In this document: positions 38,601 through 52,639 of the stretch, in pieces
How positions within the stretch are numbered: the stretch's first letter is position 1
Layout: each line of letters opens with the position of its first letter
Assembly: GCA_003344405.1 (NCBI GenBank)
Contig: NOWV01000019.1
Location: 372,001-436,000, forward strand
Reading direction: 5' to 3'
Length of the DNA stretch: 64,000 nt
Origin: Trichoplax sp. H2
Lineage: Eukaryota
Notes under the pieces: model-generated
Database searches by the model: none
What the model saw: the letters and a program-made list of their open reading frames with translations, nothing else
Told to the model about the DNA's origin: nothing
Made by a program: the position numbers and the translations under genes

Positions 38601-41600
38601 TACGAAGACTTGGGTTAGCCCTGATCGTCAATTTGTCTTGCTAGCTTATGATGTCGTTCAGGTAAGATTTGCTTTCATTTTAGTTATATTTATCTTGCAT
38701 TACTAGTGTTATAATTCATGATTGAGCTTGAATGGTTGGGTGTAATTAGATTATTTTTAGCGGCTACATAATTAAAAAGTAAACTTTTAATTATATCAGC
38801 TTTGTATCCATTTATTGGGCTATCAAGGTTAATTTATCCACATCAAAATGTGGTTGGGATATAGGTGTCCTATTTTAAAAGAGTTAGGCGTTTTTAAAGT
38901 GGCAAAATAAATTATAATTAATAGAAAGCCAATAGATAAAATCCTTGATATCCATAAATTAATGCATGAATCAGCGGCAGTAATGCTAATGGTACGATGC
39001 TATTTAGTTCGGTTTTACTTTCGTAAGTGCAAAGACTATATTTCAATTTGGAAAACCTAATACACGAGCGTATGATAATAATGCGCTAAAGCATACTCGT
39101 ACGAGTATCAAATGGACTTTAGTTAAATTAATGGTCTAATGTAGCTGGTGTTGAGATTAATTAAGGCTTAAAGAATAAACCAAGATAAAAAAGCATCATA
39201 GAGCAGTATAAAATGAAACTCTTGGAAAATAAGATCTATTAATTCGTTATTGTATTGATGCATTTCCATTTATAGCAATTTCGTTACTCTTTTCTTGCTC
39301 GATATGTGGCCTACAGGATTTCTGACCAGTAAGGATTTACGCTGTTTGAATGTTCCAAATTGTGATTGATATCCTATACAACCTGTTTTTGACTTTATTG
39401 ACCTAATGGGGTATTATTAATTTTTTTCTACAGGCGGTTCTTTCCTTTAGAACCGTTAGGTGTTGGAAGATTGCTATCTTATATGGGCTGGTCAGCAAGT
39501 GGTCATCAACTGGTATGATAGTTATTTCTAGAGAAATGTTTCCCTCTTTATAGGGCATTTTGAGTACTTTGCATATGCAATTTCGAAATTTTTCCGTAAG
39601 AGCATAGCTATCGAAATGAGTAGTAAACGAAGGAAACGTTAAAACCAAACTGAGAACAATTTTAGGATATAGCCTGAATGGATAGTGGTTGATTTGATCC
39701 GATTTGGTTTGTTTCATTTCTAGTCTTTTGTCTATAATAATGATGTTTACCTTATTCCGGATCCTGCAGTTGGTTCACCAATTCGATTTACTTCTGCTGG
39801 TAAACCTGGAGTTGTTTTCTATGGAGTACCTGATTGGATGAATGAAGGTATGGTAGATATTCAATTTAAGTGAATTGCCAAGAAGAAATTTCTCTCTCGT
39901 CCGACATTATTCATCAAAATCAACCTTAATGCATTATTTGAGTACATTTTTGCTTATTGATATCAAGTTGATGTTATCTTCTATTTTATAGAACAAATAT
40001 TAAGATCCAATAATGCAATTTATTGGTCCAAGAATAATGCTTACATAGCTTTCGGATTCTGGAATGATACTTTTGTTCGCCCTTCCAATCGATTACATTA
40101 CAATCCCGGTCTGTCTTACGCGTCTGTTCATAATATTCGTTATCCAAAGGTAGGCATAGCGATTGCTGCTTTATGTGTTCATGATGACATTATAGCCTTG
40201 ATTTTCCTGCTCAGCGTCATACCCAGTATTCAGAATAGACGGATTCTAGCTAAATATTTTCGTCTTTTCCCTTCGTCACTATCTAATACTGGTATAAAAT
40301 GTTTCCCGTCGGCATGTTTCTATAGTATTATATGTTGACGCAGCAACTTACCGTCATTGATGGAATTATTATTTAAGTCCAGTACTAACTATTAATTAGC
40401 TAGAATCAGATCTTCACAGACATGATATGATCATTTAATCCTACATGTACTAAATATGGTAGTTTACCTATTACAAAGCATCGTCAACTTGTAGCTATTT
40501 TTTAAATGATTTTAGATATTTTTAATTAAAGAGTTTTTAAAATATCGTATTTTGACTTTATTTTTGATACAGATTTTATTCCTTACTGTAATCGCATTCT
40601 ATCAATATTTCTTCACATTGAAGATAGTTTATTTGCTGCGTTTTCCGATCTTTTTCCTGATTTTTGATTTATTTGAAATGAGCTTTAAAATATCATATCT
40701 TGACTTTCTTTATTCTTTAATTAATATTTTAATCCTTATTATAATCGCATTCTGTCAATATTTCTTCACATTGACGATAATTTATTTTGCATCTCCAGGT
40801 AGTATAGCTAAGTGTTATAAAGTGTAAAGTAGAGTAATCCTATCTTCTAATATAGCAAGCCCTAACTTGATTGCCGCCTTGTCTTTCTATTTTGCTAGTC
40901 TGGCGATACCAATCCTTTAAATCGTGTTATTGTTGCTAGCTCAACGAATCCTGCCAATGGTTTTGCGCTATCTGCTCCTGCAACTTATGCAGGGTAATAG
41001 AAATTAAACTGATCTAGGATAACTAGAACTGAATAGAAAATACTAAATATTACCTTTGACTTCTTATGGATGAATTATTTTAATTTATTTTTTAGCCAAT
41101 TTTACTTTACTAATGTCAATTGGGCTACAAATAACGATGTTATTATTACCTGGATGAATCGAGCCCAAAGTTCAACTACGGATGTTATATGCAATGCTGT
41201 TACTAGGCAATGCCGTACTGTAAGTTTTCGGTTCTCTTGTAAACTGCTATTCTTGCGTTAATTTATAATTTATTGATATCCTATCGCCTATGCATCTATG
41301 GACTGTTTAGCTAAGTAAAACGGATATCACCAATGGCTGGGTTAATCCGTTCTATGTAAGTATTCTATACCATAAGATAAGAGTAGTTTAGTGATGTAGT
41401 CTATCTAGTAAGCGAATGCATTCTGCACCCGCTACAGTACCTAGTAGTAATAAAATTATTTTCTTATTATCCACTTTTATCCATCGTGGCTCATATTGCC
41501 AGCCGGATCCAAAATTTAGTTCGGATGGCTCCTATTACTTGCAACTTCAACCTAGAACTGTTGCAAGCTCCGAAACATATTATCATATTGCCAAAATATT

Positions 41601-44600
41601 TACATCGGTATGTAATTTTTTGGTTAGAAAAAGAATGAATTCTTAATCGTCGAAGATAAAATTGATAAAGGTTGTCGATAGGTAATCCGTAATTTTAGTT
41701 TTCTATGTTTAACCTTCATTTCTTGCAGAACGGCACTAAAGTCTGGATAACGTCAGGCAGTTTCCAAGTGACTGAGATTTATTCGCTAGCAGAAGCCAGA
41801 AATTTTGTGTAAGTGAACACCGCATCTGCCATCAATTTATAACTCCATGTTATAGCAATAGAATAAAACTCGTTTATTGAAATCATTAGACCAATAAGTA
41901 AATGAATTTGAGCTTAACCAATGTACTAACAAAGATTTTCATTGCCGTGATTTACTTCAGTTATTTCCAAAGCACGGAATATTCACGTGTTACAAGACAT
42001 ATTTACAGGTAAATTTTCAACCAATTTCCACTCTCAATTTATGATAGATTGGATCTTTACGATATTCTACTTAAACGATTTGAAAAATTGCTCAATAATT
42101 TCTTCTTATTCGCTTTTAATAACTCCATTACAATTTAGTGTAACACTAGATGGAACCAATGTCAGAACTTGTATCTCATGCAATTTCAAAGCTTCTAGTA
42201 AGCTTCTTATTTATAGTTTGTAGTGTCTTGCTTACTGGATCAAATGGTCTTTAGTCGATGCCTATTTGTATTATTTTGAGCTTGATTTGTCTGCTTTATG
42301 GAAGTTGATTATCATCAGTGTGAAATAGCCTTATCCAGAGAAGATTTCTAACTATTCTCATGACTATCAACTCTAGGCGTTTGTTCTTATTATTCAGCGT
42401 CGTTTAGTGCCCAAGCATCTTATTATATCCTCAACTGTTTAGGTAGGAATCCGCAAAAAAAGTTAATTTTAAGGTAGTAAACACCTCTAAGGGTATCATT
42501 TATAACTACACTGTTTCTTTTCTTTGGTAGGACCAAGCATACCTAAATATTATTTGGTTGACGCTGTGGCTAATAAATGTAAGCTTTGGGAGGATTATCT
42601 CTGTATGACCTGAAATAAAATTTTTAGCAAGTTCAAACATGAATAATCTTGATCTTTATTCAACATTTATAGCTACTGTTATGGAGGACAATCATGTTGT
42701 TTCTGAAAGACTGGCTAAGAAAGATTTAGCAAGCACCACATTCTACACCTTTACCAGTGGTGGTTATGGTAAGATTACTATATTGTTCTAATTGGAGATT
42801 TTGAAATAAAAATAGAGGAAATATAAACTGATATAACTGAATCTGTAAAATAAATAAAATGCAGTATTAATTCTTCAGTATCTCTATACTTATTCTACAG
42901 ATATTAACGTGGTTGAATACCGTCCACCTTATTTTGATATAACAGTTAAATATCCAGTGATTATTTACATGTAAGTCAGACAGTTCGCTAAATGGCTGTC
43001 GAACTGAAGATGTTTAAATTTTATAATGTAATGCAGTATGCGAATAATTTATATTTTATAATACGAGCATGTGAGATATATAGCATCTGAAAGAATACTA
43101 ATCATGATGATCCTCTTACTAAACTTAGGGATGGAACACCTGACAGCTCTGTGGTAAGATAGTACACATTGCTATTGCTACTAACTATACAGAAATAATT
43201 CTGTGACGATCGTTGCTACCAATGAATTATTTGTGTTCTACAAGAATGTGCTTAAAAAACATTTAAGAATTTATAATCAAGGCTAATTAAAGAGTCTCCA
43301 TATGACTATCTACAGTAATTAAGTTTAGCTTGTTTTTATGCCCATGAACATCATTAATTGATAGTGGTACATAAAGAAGATTAATAACTTTAAGTCCGTC
43401 TTTTGATTGAATGATCTAAATCACAAAATAAGAAATAAAGTAATTTAAATGTTCGTCATGATTAAGGTGGATACACGATTTCAATTGGGCTTTATTCAAT
43501 ACCTTGCTTCCTCAATGAATATTATTGTGGCACGCATTGATCCGAGAGGTACAAAAGGAAGTCAGAGAAATGAGTATGTATCTTATCATTAAGCTCTCAA
43601 ATAACCTTTACACGCAATTTAAGACCTATAAAAACCAATGTCATTTCGTACTCCGTCTTTTATAGATTTACCTATTCCGTCTATCGAAGATTAGGATTTG
43701 TTCAAGTCCTTGATATTGAGAATTATGTCACGTAAGTACTTTTAGAATTCGTTTTGCATTGCCAATTATTTTGTCTGGTGTCTATTCTATTAATTATATT
43801 TTGTGAGATTAGTAGAAGATGTTAATATCTTAAATTATACTTTATAGTATATAGTGCCAATATACTTTTACCGACTATTTATCTGCTATCCATTCTATTA
43901 ATTCTATTTTGTAAGATTAGGAGAAGATATTAATATCTTAAGTTAAATTTTATACTGATATACTTTTATCGGCTATTTATCTACTGTCTATTCTATTAAT
44001 TCCATTTCGTGGGATAAGTAGAAGATAATAATTACTTAAGTTATACTTTATACTGATATACATTTGCCGACAATTTACCTGCTATCTATTCTATTAGTTC
44101 TGTTTCGGAGATTAGTAGAAGATGTTTATGTCTTCAGTTATCCTTTATACTGATTGACTTTTACCGAGTATTTGTCTGCTACCCATTGTATCAATTTCTA
44201 CACTCTTATTTCATGGGATTAGTACAAGATGTAGATATCTTAATTTACATGAGGTGTTTATCAATTTTCCATATTAGGTATTTAAAGACGCAAGGTTACG
44301 TTGACACTGCCAAAATAGCAGTTTATGGCTGGGTATGTATGCCATCGAATAGCATAGATAGAATTTTTAAGCGACTGATTCTACTCCTATCGTCATTGAG
44401 TAAAGAATTAAAAAGTACACATATAATACGAATTAAATGCTACTAAATAAATGGTATAAAAGATAGCTTGAAAGACGGAGTTGATTTCATGGGCGGAGTA
44501 AAATCAAACGCTTTAAAGCTTTAAAGTAAATATCACTGATAATAATATTATCCTAGGGATATGGAGGATATCTTTCAGCCATGACTGTTGGATCTGGTAA

Positions 44601-46248
44601 AGCCAAGGTAAAGTTGGGAATTGCAGGAGCGCCAAACACCAACTGGATATTCTATGGTAAGAAATTTACTTAAATCAGATGCTCATTTAACTTGTAAATT
44701 ATTTACTAGTCTATATTAATGAATGAAGGATTGGTTAATTTTAAAGCTGGTGGTATTTCGAAGCTAGGTTGATGCTATGAACCTAGTTTATAATTGCTTG
44801 ACTTTTTCATAATTCTTTACTAATACCTTACAATTTATTCAATACTTCTCCGCATGTCACTTTTATTTACCGGAAGTGTATTTAATCTTTCTTATTCATG
44901 TTTGTCTAATTTTGAAATTTTTTTTTATCACTCGTTGCTTATTCTACATCTATGTTATAATTTTTTCATTGTATTTTAGTAATGACTAGATTTTTAGTCA
45001 AAAATAGGTACTACTAGTTTTAATGTGGAATCACGTTACTGCTTTATGCGATGGTTTATTCTATTCCTTTAGTTAAGAATTTGTTTCGTTTTCGATTTTA
45101 TTCTGTTGCTATTCATTGGAATTCGTTTTGTTTTTCTACTGCTCGTTTTTGTTACTATCTCATTTCAATGGTTAAAGAATAGACGCAACTCCAAGTTATA
45201 CATTCTAATTGCTTTACTGAGTTTTCTGATTTGTTTTACGCAGCATATGAACGACCAAAGTGTATCTATTCAGCATCAATCTATTTTGATCGTAGTCTTT
45301 AACCCTCTATTCTTAATTTAAAAGTGATTTTATTTAATTTCTATACTGAGACCGTGTTGTAAAGCTGTTAGTTAATGGCTATCTAATACATATGTTAATT
45401 TATTTTCTCAAATTGTGATAAATTCAATTTCTCAATAACAGATTCCGTCTATTCCGAGCGCTACCTCAGTACTTATGCTATTAATCGCCAAGGCTACGAG
45501 GTATGCTATTTTTCAAGTTTCATTTGTATTAATTACTTTAAAATTTGGCTTGATGACAACAGAAATGATATCCATAAGTAGCTGATATCAGTACAAAATA
45601 ATTCCATTCTGTAATCGTGGGTCAAAATGTTCTTCTTTATTAAGACTTTTGCTATTTATATAATATGGATATATAGGAGGCTTCGGTCCTGAATAAAATT
45701 AGCGGTTTTGAATCCTCCGATTTTGCCATTGTCCATGGTAGCTACGATGCAAATGTCCTATTTCAAAATTCTGCCAATTTAATTAATAAGCTGCAAAGCG
45801 AGGATATTAAGTTTAGAATGCAGGTAATGAATCTTTGACGTTGCGTTGGGTGAATAGCTAGGTCAAGTTTACTAAGCTAATAATATTATAAACAATAAAT
45901 TACGTTATTTTCTGAAGTCATCCCATTATTGCTAACTTTATAAAGTGAATCAGGTCGTCTTGGCTATTTTATAATGCGGCAATGATATTTTGCTTCTTTG
46001 ATGAGTAGATTGAGGAGCAATTTCTTACTGATCTCTTAGATTCAAAATCAATGTTTTGCAGTCATAGCCTTTACATTATTCCTTCATCAACAAAGTTAAT
46101 AAATTTATTTATTATCAATTCCCTTTCGTTCTAGACTTATATCAATCAAGGCCATGAAATTACAGACAATAAAACGATGCATCATATGTATCGCTTTATT
46201 ACCGAGGAGATTGTATCCTCCCTTGGCGTTCAAAATCCGATTCCATAA
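35649..46248 (+). CDS. DPP4-family (peptidase S9B) type II membrane protein, paralog 1, ~28 exons; predicted catalytically inactive (GWGYGG)
   Basis: Exon 35649-35672 MKRRESEY; TM exon from 37299 (KRTIIWIVIALTILAIIATAVALVVVLR); WVSPDRQFVLLAYDV; QFRYSF; GVPDWMNEEQIL; YPKSGDTNP; TWMNRAQ; IDPRGT; KIAVYGW|GYGGYL; YDSVYSERY; HGSYDANV; last exon 46135-46248 YINQGHEI...stop. Confidence 0.92.
40540..40790. repeat. Intronic two-copy ~150 bp duplication
   Basis: ccttact/ttat..taatcgcattct.tcaatatttcttcacattga.gata is repeated at ~40581 and ~40734. Confidence 0.7.
43780..44240. repeat. Intronic degenerate tandem repeat, ~100-110 bp unit, 4-5 copies
   Basis: Recurring ctattctattaatt...gattagtagaagat.ttaatatcttaagtt...tttatactgatatacttttaccga.tattt.tctgcta. 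Confidence 0.8.
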
Positions 46249-46794
46249 GTAGTATTGAGTATACTTACTCACGATGGAAGTATACAATATACAAAAACGT
46301 CTTCATCATAAAACGTCTTCATCATACTCTCTAATCTGCTTATTATGTATGCGATCTACTTTATTCCATCCTGTTGGTCAACTGTTAGAGGCGTATCCTG
46401 CTAACTATTATCGTCGACACTTAGTGTTTCTGTTTCTTGCAAAGCCAAGATAATTATTAATTATGTTTAGATCTTACATAAAACAATATGGATGATAATC
46501 CGGATAACATTTAATTTCATTAATCGAGCTTAAACTATCACTGTTGGTATAATTTAAGGCAAGCTTTTTTTGATAACTTGGCTCCATATCATTTCTTGCT
46601 ATCAATATGATGTTAATACCCAGATATTTCCTTAGTATTATGATTGTATTTTTGTCTACGTGTTTTCAGCTATTGAAAGTTTATACGTAAATAAGCTATG
46701 TTGAGTTGATTTTGTTAATTTGATATTTAGTTTAACAGTTGAAAAATATTTTTCCTATCAGTAATGGCCTCATTCGATGTTGATGTTAGTATGT

Positions 46795-48022
46795 TTATAG
46801 AATTCTATAGTTTTATCCTTCTAAAGCCGTCTTATCACTTATCGCATATCCGTATAAAATATCATTAAAAACGAGGAGTTGCAAAAAGGAAATTAAAAAA
46901 TTGAATTGAATTGGTATAGCATGATGCAACCGTAAACTTGAATCATCCTATCGTATATTAATAGCAAAATGATTCTTTCTCTGAGTAATAACCTCACTAA
47001 GTGCCGATGTGAGTATGCCTAGGGAATTTTATAGTTTTACCTACCTTAAACAATATCTTATTTCTTATCGCATAGACGTACAAAATATCATTGAAAACGA
47101 GGTGATTTTAGAAAGGAAATGAAAAATTGAATTGGTATAGACTGATGCCAATGTAAATATGAATTACGTTATTATATAGCAGTAGCAAAATGATTATTGT
47201 CTCTCAGTCATAGCCTCACTGGATGCTCACATTAGCATAGCTAGAGAATTTTACAGTTGTATCTGCCTAAAGCCATATTATTATTTGTCACATATCCGTA
47301 CAAAATATCATTAAAACGAGGCATTTTTGAGAAAGGAGTTGATATTATTAAGAAAGGAAATGGAGAAACTGAATTTAAATTAGTATAGCATAATGTCCAT
47401 GTAAACATGAGTTACTTTATCGTATTGCTGTAGCAAAAAAGTTCTTTTCTATCAGCAATAATCTCACTGGATGTTCATATTAGCATAGTTAGAGGATTCT
47501 ATAGTTATATCCGCCTCAAGCTGTCATATAGCAATAGCAATTGCTACCGTCCAAGTACGAAATCCAGTCATATGTGTTTTGATGTGCTATGTTTTTCATT
47601 CCTGTGATTGGCCGGGCAATCCTGGCCAATCTCAGGAATGACCGGCCAATCTCAGGAATAACCGGCCAATCTCAAAAATGATTCGCGATATTATTTGTCG
47701 CATGTCCGTCTGAAATATCATTAAAACGAGGTATTTTTAAGTAAAAAGTTTACATTATTAAGAAAGGAAATAGAGAAACTAAATTTGAATTAGTATGGCA
47801 TGATGTCCATGTAAACATGAATCACTCTATCGTATTGCAGTAGCAAAGTGATTCTCTTCTATCAGTAATAACCTCACTAAGTGTTCGTATTAGCATGATC
47901 AGAGAATTCAATAACTTTATCCGCCCAAAGTTGTCTTATTACTTATCGCTTATCCATCTAAAATATTATTTTTAATTGAAAACTAGTCATTTTTAGAAAG
48001 GTAATGAAAAATTGAATTCAAT
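46795..48022. repeat. Degenerate tandem repeat, ~225-250 bp unit, about 4.5 copies, interrupted by an insertion at ~47525-47685
   Basis: Recurring agaatt.tatagtt.tatc...cgcatatccgta.aaaatatcattaaaacgagg...aaaggaaat...tagcaaaatgattct...taacctcact at ~46800, 47025, 47245, 47495 and 47903. Confidence 0.85.
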
Positions 48023-51000
48023 TGTAGTCAAGTTTAGCCGGCTAAAACTCTTGTAAGATTGTTATGTTGACCATCATACATCATCAGAAATGCGTAACTG
48101 GTATGGGTCATAATTGGGCCATGGTAAAATCAACAAAATAGGGTTGTAAATCATATGTAGTTCTCTACTACCGGTATAGAATGGATAATGTAAATTTTTC
48201 AATATTGATCTGAAAGGCTAGAGTGATTGATTATGCTCGCCTTTTGAGGCTAACAGAGGTCAATAAAGCATGACTGGCCTATTAGTGATTTCCACTTCAT
48301 AGGGAAGATTACTTCCACCTTCTGGTCAAGCTGCGGATAGCCAAGACATCTCATAGAATAATGAACCTGGGGTAATGCTATCCCTAGCTGTCATAATCAT
48401 GTTATTAATTACTTTAGGAATTCTCTGTCTAGACTTTCTACGTGATGCAATCGAATGCCATGCTTGATAGTCACCAGGCTAAAATTGAGAGAGAATATGG
48501 TCTATCCAAGCTGACTGAAACCAAAATGAGAGAGATCGCTGAGTCTATTGGATGGGCATGATGGATTCCATTGGCTTTCGAGCTGTATTGATTTATCTGC
48601 CATATGCTGTTACTAGAGTTCATCTTGACGTAATGTAATCTATTTCCAACTTGAATAGCTTGCTAGAGTCCAGATGAATATTCTACTTGTGCACCATGAT
48701 TCATTGTTGACATAAAGCAGTAGGCTCCGCCTGGCATCACAAGACTGAGTTCAATAGCAAGAAATAATGCTGATTGTTGATGATCCATATTTCATCCTAG
48801 CTCATTTATATTGGATCAGGGCTTGGTACAAGCTTTGTTTTGACAACCTAAGCTATTGTATTGATATTATTGATTCAATAATCGCATAATTTGCTGCAGC
48901 AATCCTAAGCCAAGAAGATCCAATTTGAATATAATTTCATCAACAAGCTCCGCCTTGCATTATTCAAAGTTGATTTCTTATCCCTATTCCAATTAAGCCA
49001 ATCATTATCGAGATCAATCCAGCCTATATGATCTCCTTCATCTTGTCATTTCATTTCATCTTGGTGTGTTTTCATGCACGCAAGCCAGCAGGAAGTTTTT
49101 CAATTATTCAAGTATCTTGGCTGAAATTTTTTTCAACATGGGGAAAATGGTAAGTCATGATAGCCTTGCTGTCCAACTTGCTGATGGCTGGCGATCATTC
49201 TATCGTTAGCTGTACATCTAGAATACAGTAGTATAGGCATTTTAATTTCATTTTGATATCCTTTTTTCTGATATTTGGTGGGATTAAGTATGCGTAGATT
49301 GATGAGTACTGCATACGGATTAAAAAAATGCAATTGGATCTGTATTATGAACATCTTGAAAACTAGAAAGAATCAACAAGGCGTTCTTCATCAGCCGTAC
49401 CAAGAATGGATATTAGTCATGATCGAGCTCTGTTTCCCGTCCAATTGATGACAATGTTTATTAGGCGATGATGCATTGAAATGATTCTCCATAATCATGG
49501 AGATGATGATGGAAAAATAAACCCTAAAGTGATGAGCGCTAGCGCACTACCTTGTCGTAGCTACCGTAACAACCAACATCAAGAGGGTCATGCATAAATT
49601 ATTAGAAGAGAAATTAATGGGCAAATAATTTTTAGCCTACACAGTAATCGATGAATTTCTGAATTAAAGGATGATGTAATTTTGCAAATTCATCATCACC
49701 CATTCTACTTGCACTACTCTTTGTGCTTGGGATTCGATTGTCTTACTTTGCTATGTCTTCTACTTTCCATTGCGACAAGGATACGGTGGACAGGGACGCC
49801 GTTAAATATACATTCAATCGCCGGCACCCAAACTAATCGGCAGCCCTAACTGCACGGATAAGCCGATAGATGAAAAGACTTATAAACTGCTTTTAACTCA
49901 TTATACTGTACAAGAAGAAGGCATCGATGATTCATAAATGCATTACTTTTGTGCTTAGGATCAGATTGTACTGCTTTCCTTTGTCTTCCATTTTCTATTG
50001 CGACAAGGATACAAAATACCTATATCGTTGATTTTGAAACCGATCCATGGCTTCCAAACCAATCGGTAGTAGTACAATTTGACTTGATATTTATAACTCT
50101 TCTACAGTACGTCTCGTGAATCTGTAGATAATTCTTGAACTTTATCAGCTTGAGTTTTATTATCAAATTATGCGTTCAATGGAAATTATCGCTCATCCTA
50201 TCATGAAAATGATGTAAAAAAAAAAGCGATCAACACAATCACTGTTTCGTTTACTAGCAATCTTGACGAATGACTTTAGGAAATGCTTTAAGGATGATAA
50301 AATGACATTGTAACCGTTACGTTAACAAATGAGAAAATGATACTAAAAAATCAATCGATGCCATTCCATTGGGTATTTCCTCATCCGTTTGTCATAGGTA
50401 ATAGCTCACTTAGATTAGGTGGAGAAAATTAGACTAATCCTTTCAGTAGAATGAAAAATCATCCTAGTCTTATATCATCCATGATGATAGGAAATCCAGT
50501 GTTCAAATTGACTTCAACTTTTACTTTTTTAAATACTAACATTAAGGCTGGAAATTCTCATAACGCTCATTCTGTGCGCATCGATCGCCTAATGGAAATA
50601 TTTCGATTTACTGAGGCTCGATAGGATTATACGCGTATCGCATTCTATAAGGTAGCAAATCCGCTATTGCAAGACCTGAGTAGTCTGCTTGAAAAAGTTT
50701 TATTTTCTACTGGGATAAGACGGATTTCATGCTATTATTACCACACATTACATCATCAAAATCTCTAGAAGAAGATGATAGGGCCGAGTCCACCATTTTC
50801 TAGCCAATTCTGATTGATGTGCTTGAGGTCTGGATAGGATCAAGGCGCGTCGTACTCTTTTTTTAAGAGTTCATCTCCCTAATTCAATCATGATTTATTT
50901 TGCTATCTCATGTTACTATAATGAATTTAATTAGACCAGCAGCTATCCTAATTATTCAATCATTTTATATAACGCTCGATCCATTTTGTAATCCGTGTAT

Positions 51001-52639
51001 CTTAGCCATGGCAATAAGAATCAAATTGCCAGGTATTGCTAGCATTTTGACAAGTAGATGGTCATCCACGACAGCAAGATCGAGTTTGGATAGAGTCATG
51101 ATGGCCGTCCGCACTCCATTGGATTTAATTGCATTATCCATTTCCTCACTGAGTCTTATTACTTCCGTCTAGGTAAAATAGACGGTGAAAAGAAACTTGA
51201 AGCTCACTTTAGTCTGTTTGATAACAATATTATGACCGTATTCTAGCCTGCTGGCATCATCAAATCTATTCACACCTGCCAAGATTATATTATTTTCTTT
51301 TAAATTGCTCGCCATAGTCTATAAAAATTTATCTTGAACAATCAATTGATGTTCGATTTGATTATTGGCCATTTCGGATCGATCAACGCATAGCTACCCT
51401 TACTATTATATTCAAGGCTTAATTGCTTTGCATCGATATAATGCATGGATAGCTTTCCGGTCCTTAATTAATACTATTACAATACTAGATTAATCACTGA
51501 ACTGCTTTCTTTCGATTTAATGCGCGAATAACTTCCTAGCCCTGAATGCTATGAGAATACTATATTAATGAGGGAATTGCTTTGTATCCACCTTATGCTT
51601 GGTGGGGGGGGGGGGGGAATAGCTTCCTTCTACTTGTGGATATAAATAGTAGGACTACAAATAAGTTCTATTCCTTGATAATTTATAGCTATTTTTTGCT
51701 TTTCCATCGATATTTGAAATATGGATTGTCCAGATGAAATGGATAATGTCAGTTATGACCGAATTGCCTAGTATTAGCATATTGTTTTGGAAATTAGCTG
51801 TCTTTCGATCGATATTTGAAACATTAATATGCCCAGATAAAATGAACAGTAATTTGGAATTTGTTAAGCGACGTATTAATTTCTCAAGCTTGGCTGATAC
51901 CGTAGCTCCATGATGATTTTTTTTATTTATACTATTTAGCGGTGATACTGTGATTGTTACTTGATCACGGCATTCTATGTCTAGATATTAGTAGCAGGAA
52001 TCGATGAGGGTTCTAATACTTAATCGATGGATAGCTTGTCCAATTTTTGGGGCCTTTTCGGTTGATATTTAAGCGATACTTTACTCTCTCAAGTCAAGCC
52101 CATATACTGCGTCTATACTAACTACATCAATATTCATTTGGAAGATCTCTTATAGCACTTAATTTGTTCTTAGCTTTGACAATATCAATTCATAATAGCC
52201 TTTCATCGTAGCGAATAGAAATTAGCTTTTTTTTTCAGAAGAGTACTCCTACTCTCTTCTTGCCTTTTACGATAGCGATTAATAGTCGCGTTTCATTCGA
52301 CGAATAGACAGCAGCATGATCGCACAGCATCTTTCGTACAATTTCTTCTTCTTATTATTGAATCAATCATAATCATGGTCATGGTTGATCCTGCTTTATT
52401 CGGAGAGAAGCTGTAACGATTTGATATTCTAAAACCGCTTAGTTTGGATTTATACTGTGTGTCGAATGTAATCGTCTACAATTTGCTGCTTCTATCAATA
52501 CTTTTAAATAAATGAATAAATCAACGTACTCTCACTTTCCGAAACATGCATTCCTATTTCTATTTCACCGTGATCTATCAACATAAGCTGGAATACTATT
52601 TTTCGGCTGGGAACATACCCGATCGATACTGGCAGCCAT

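Noticed and set aside
47621-47680. CRISPR-like array (also considered for the 60-bp and 175-bp repeats)
   Set aside because: These are head-to-tail repeats without unique spacers, with no cas genes, in a eukaryotic context.
48559-48561. In-frame TGA as selenocysteine
   Set aside because: More stops follow and no SECIS was recognised, so decay is the simpler explanation.
51721-51753. First coding exon of DPP paralog 2 (MDCPDEMDN|GTCAGT)
   Set aside because: It is phase-compatible, but the donor is weak and there is no homology support, so it was left out of the model.
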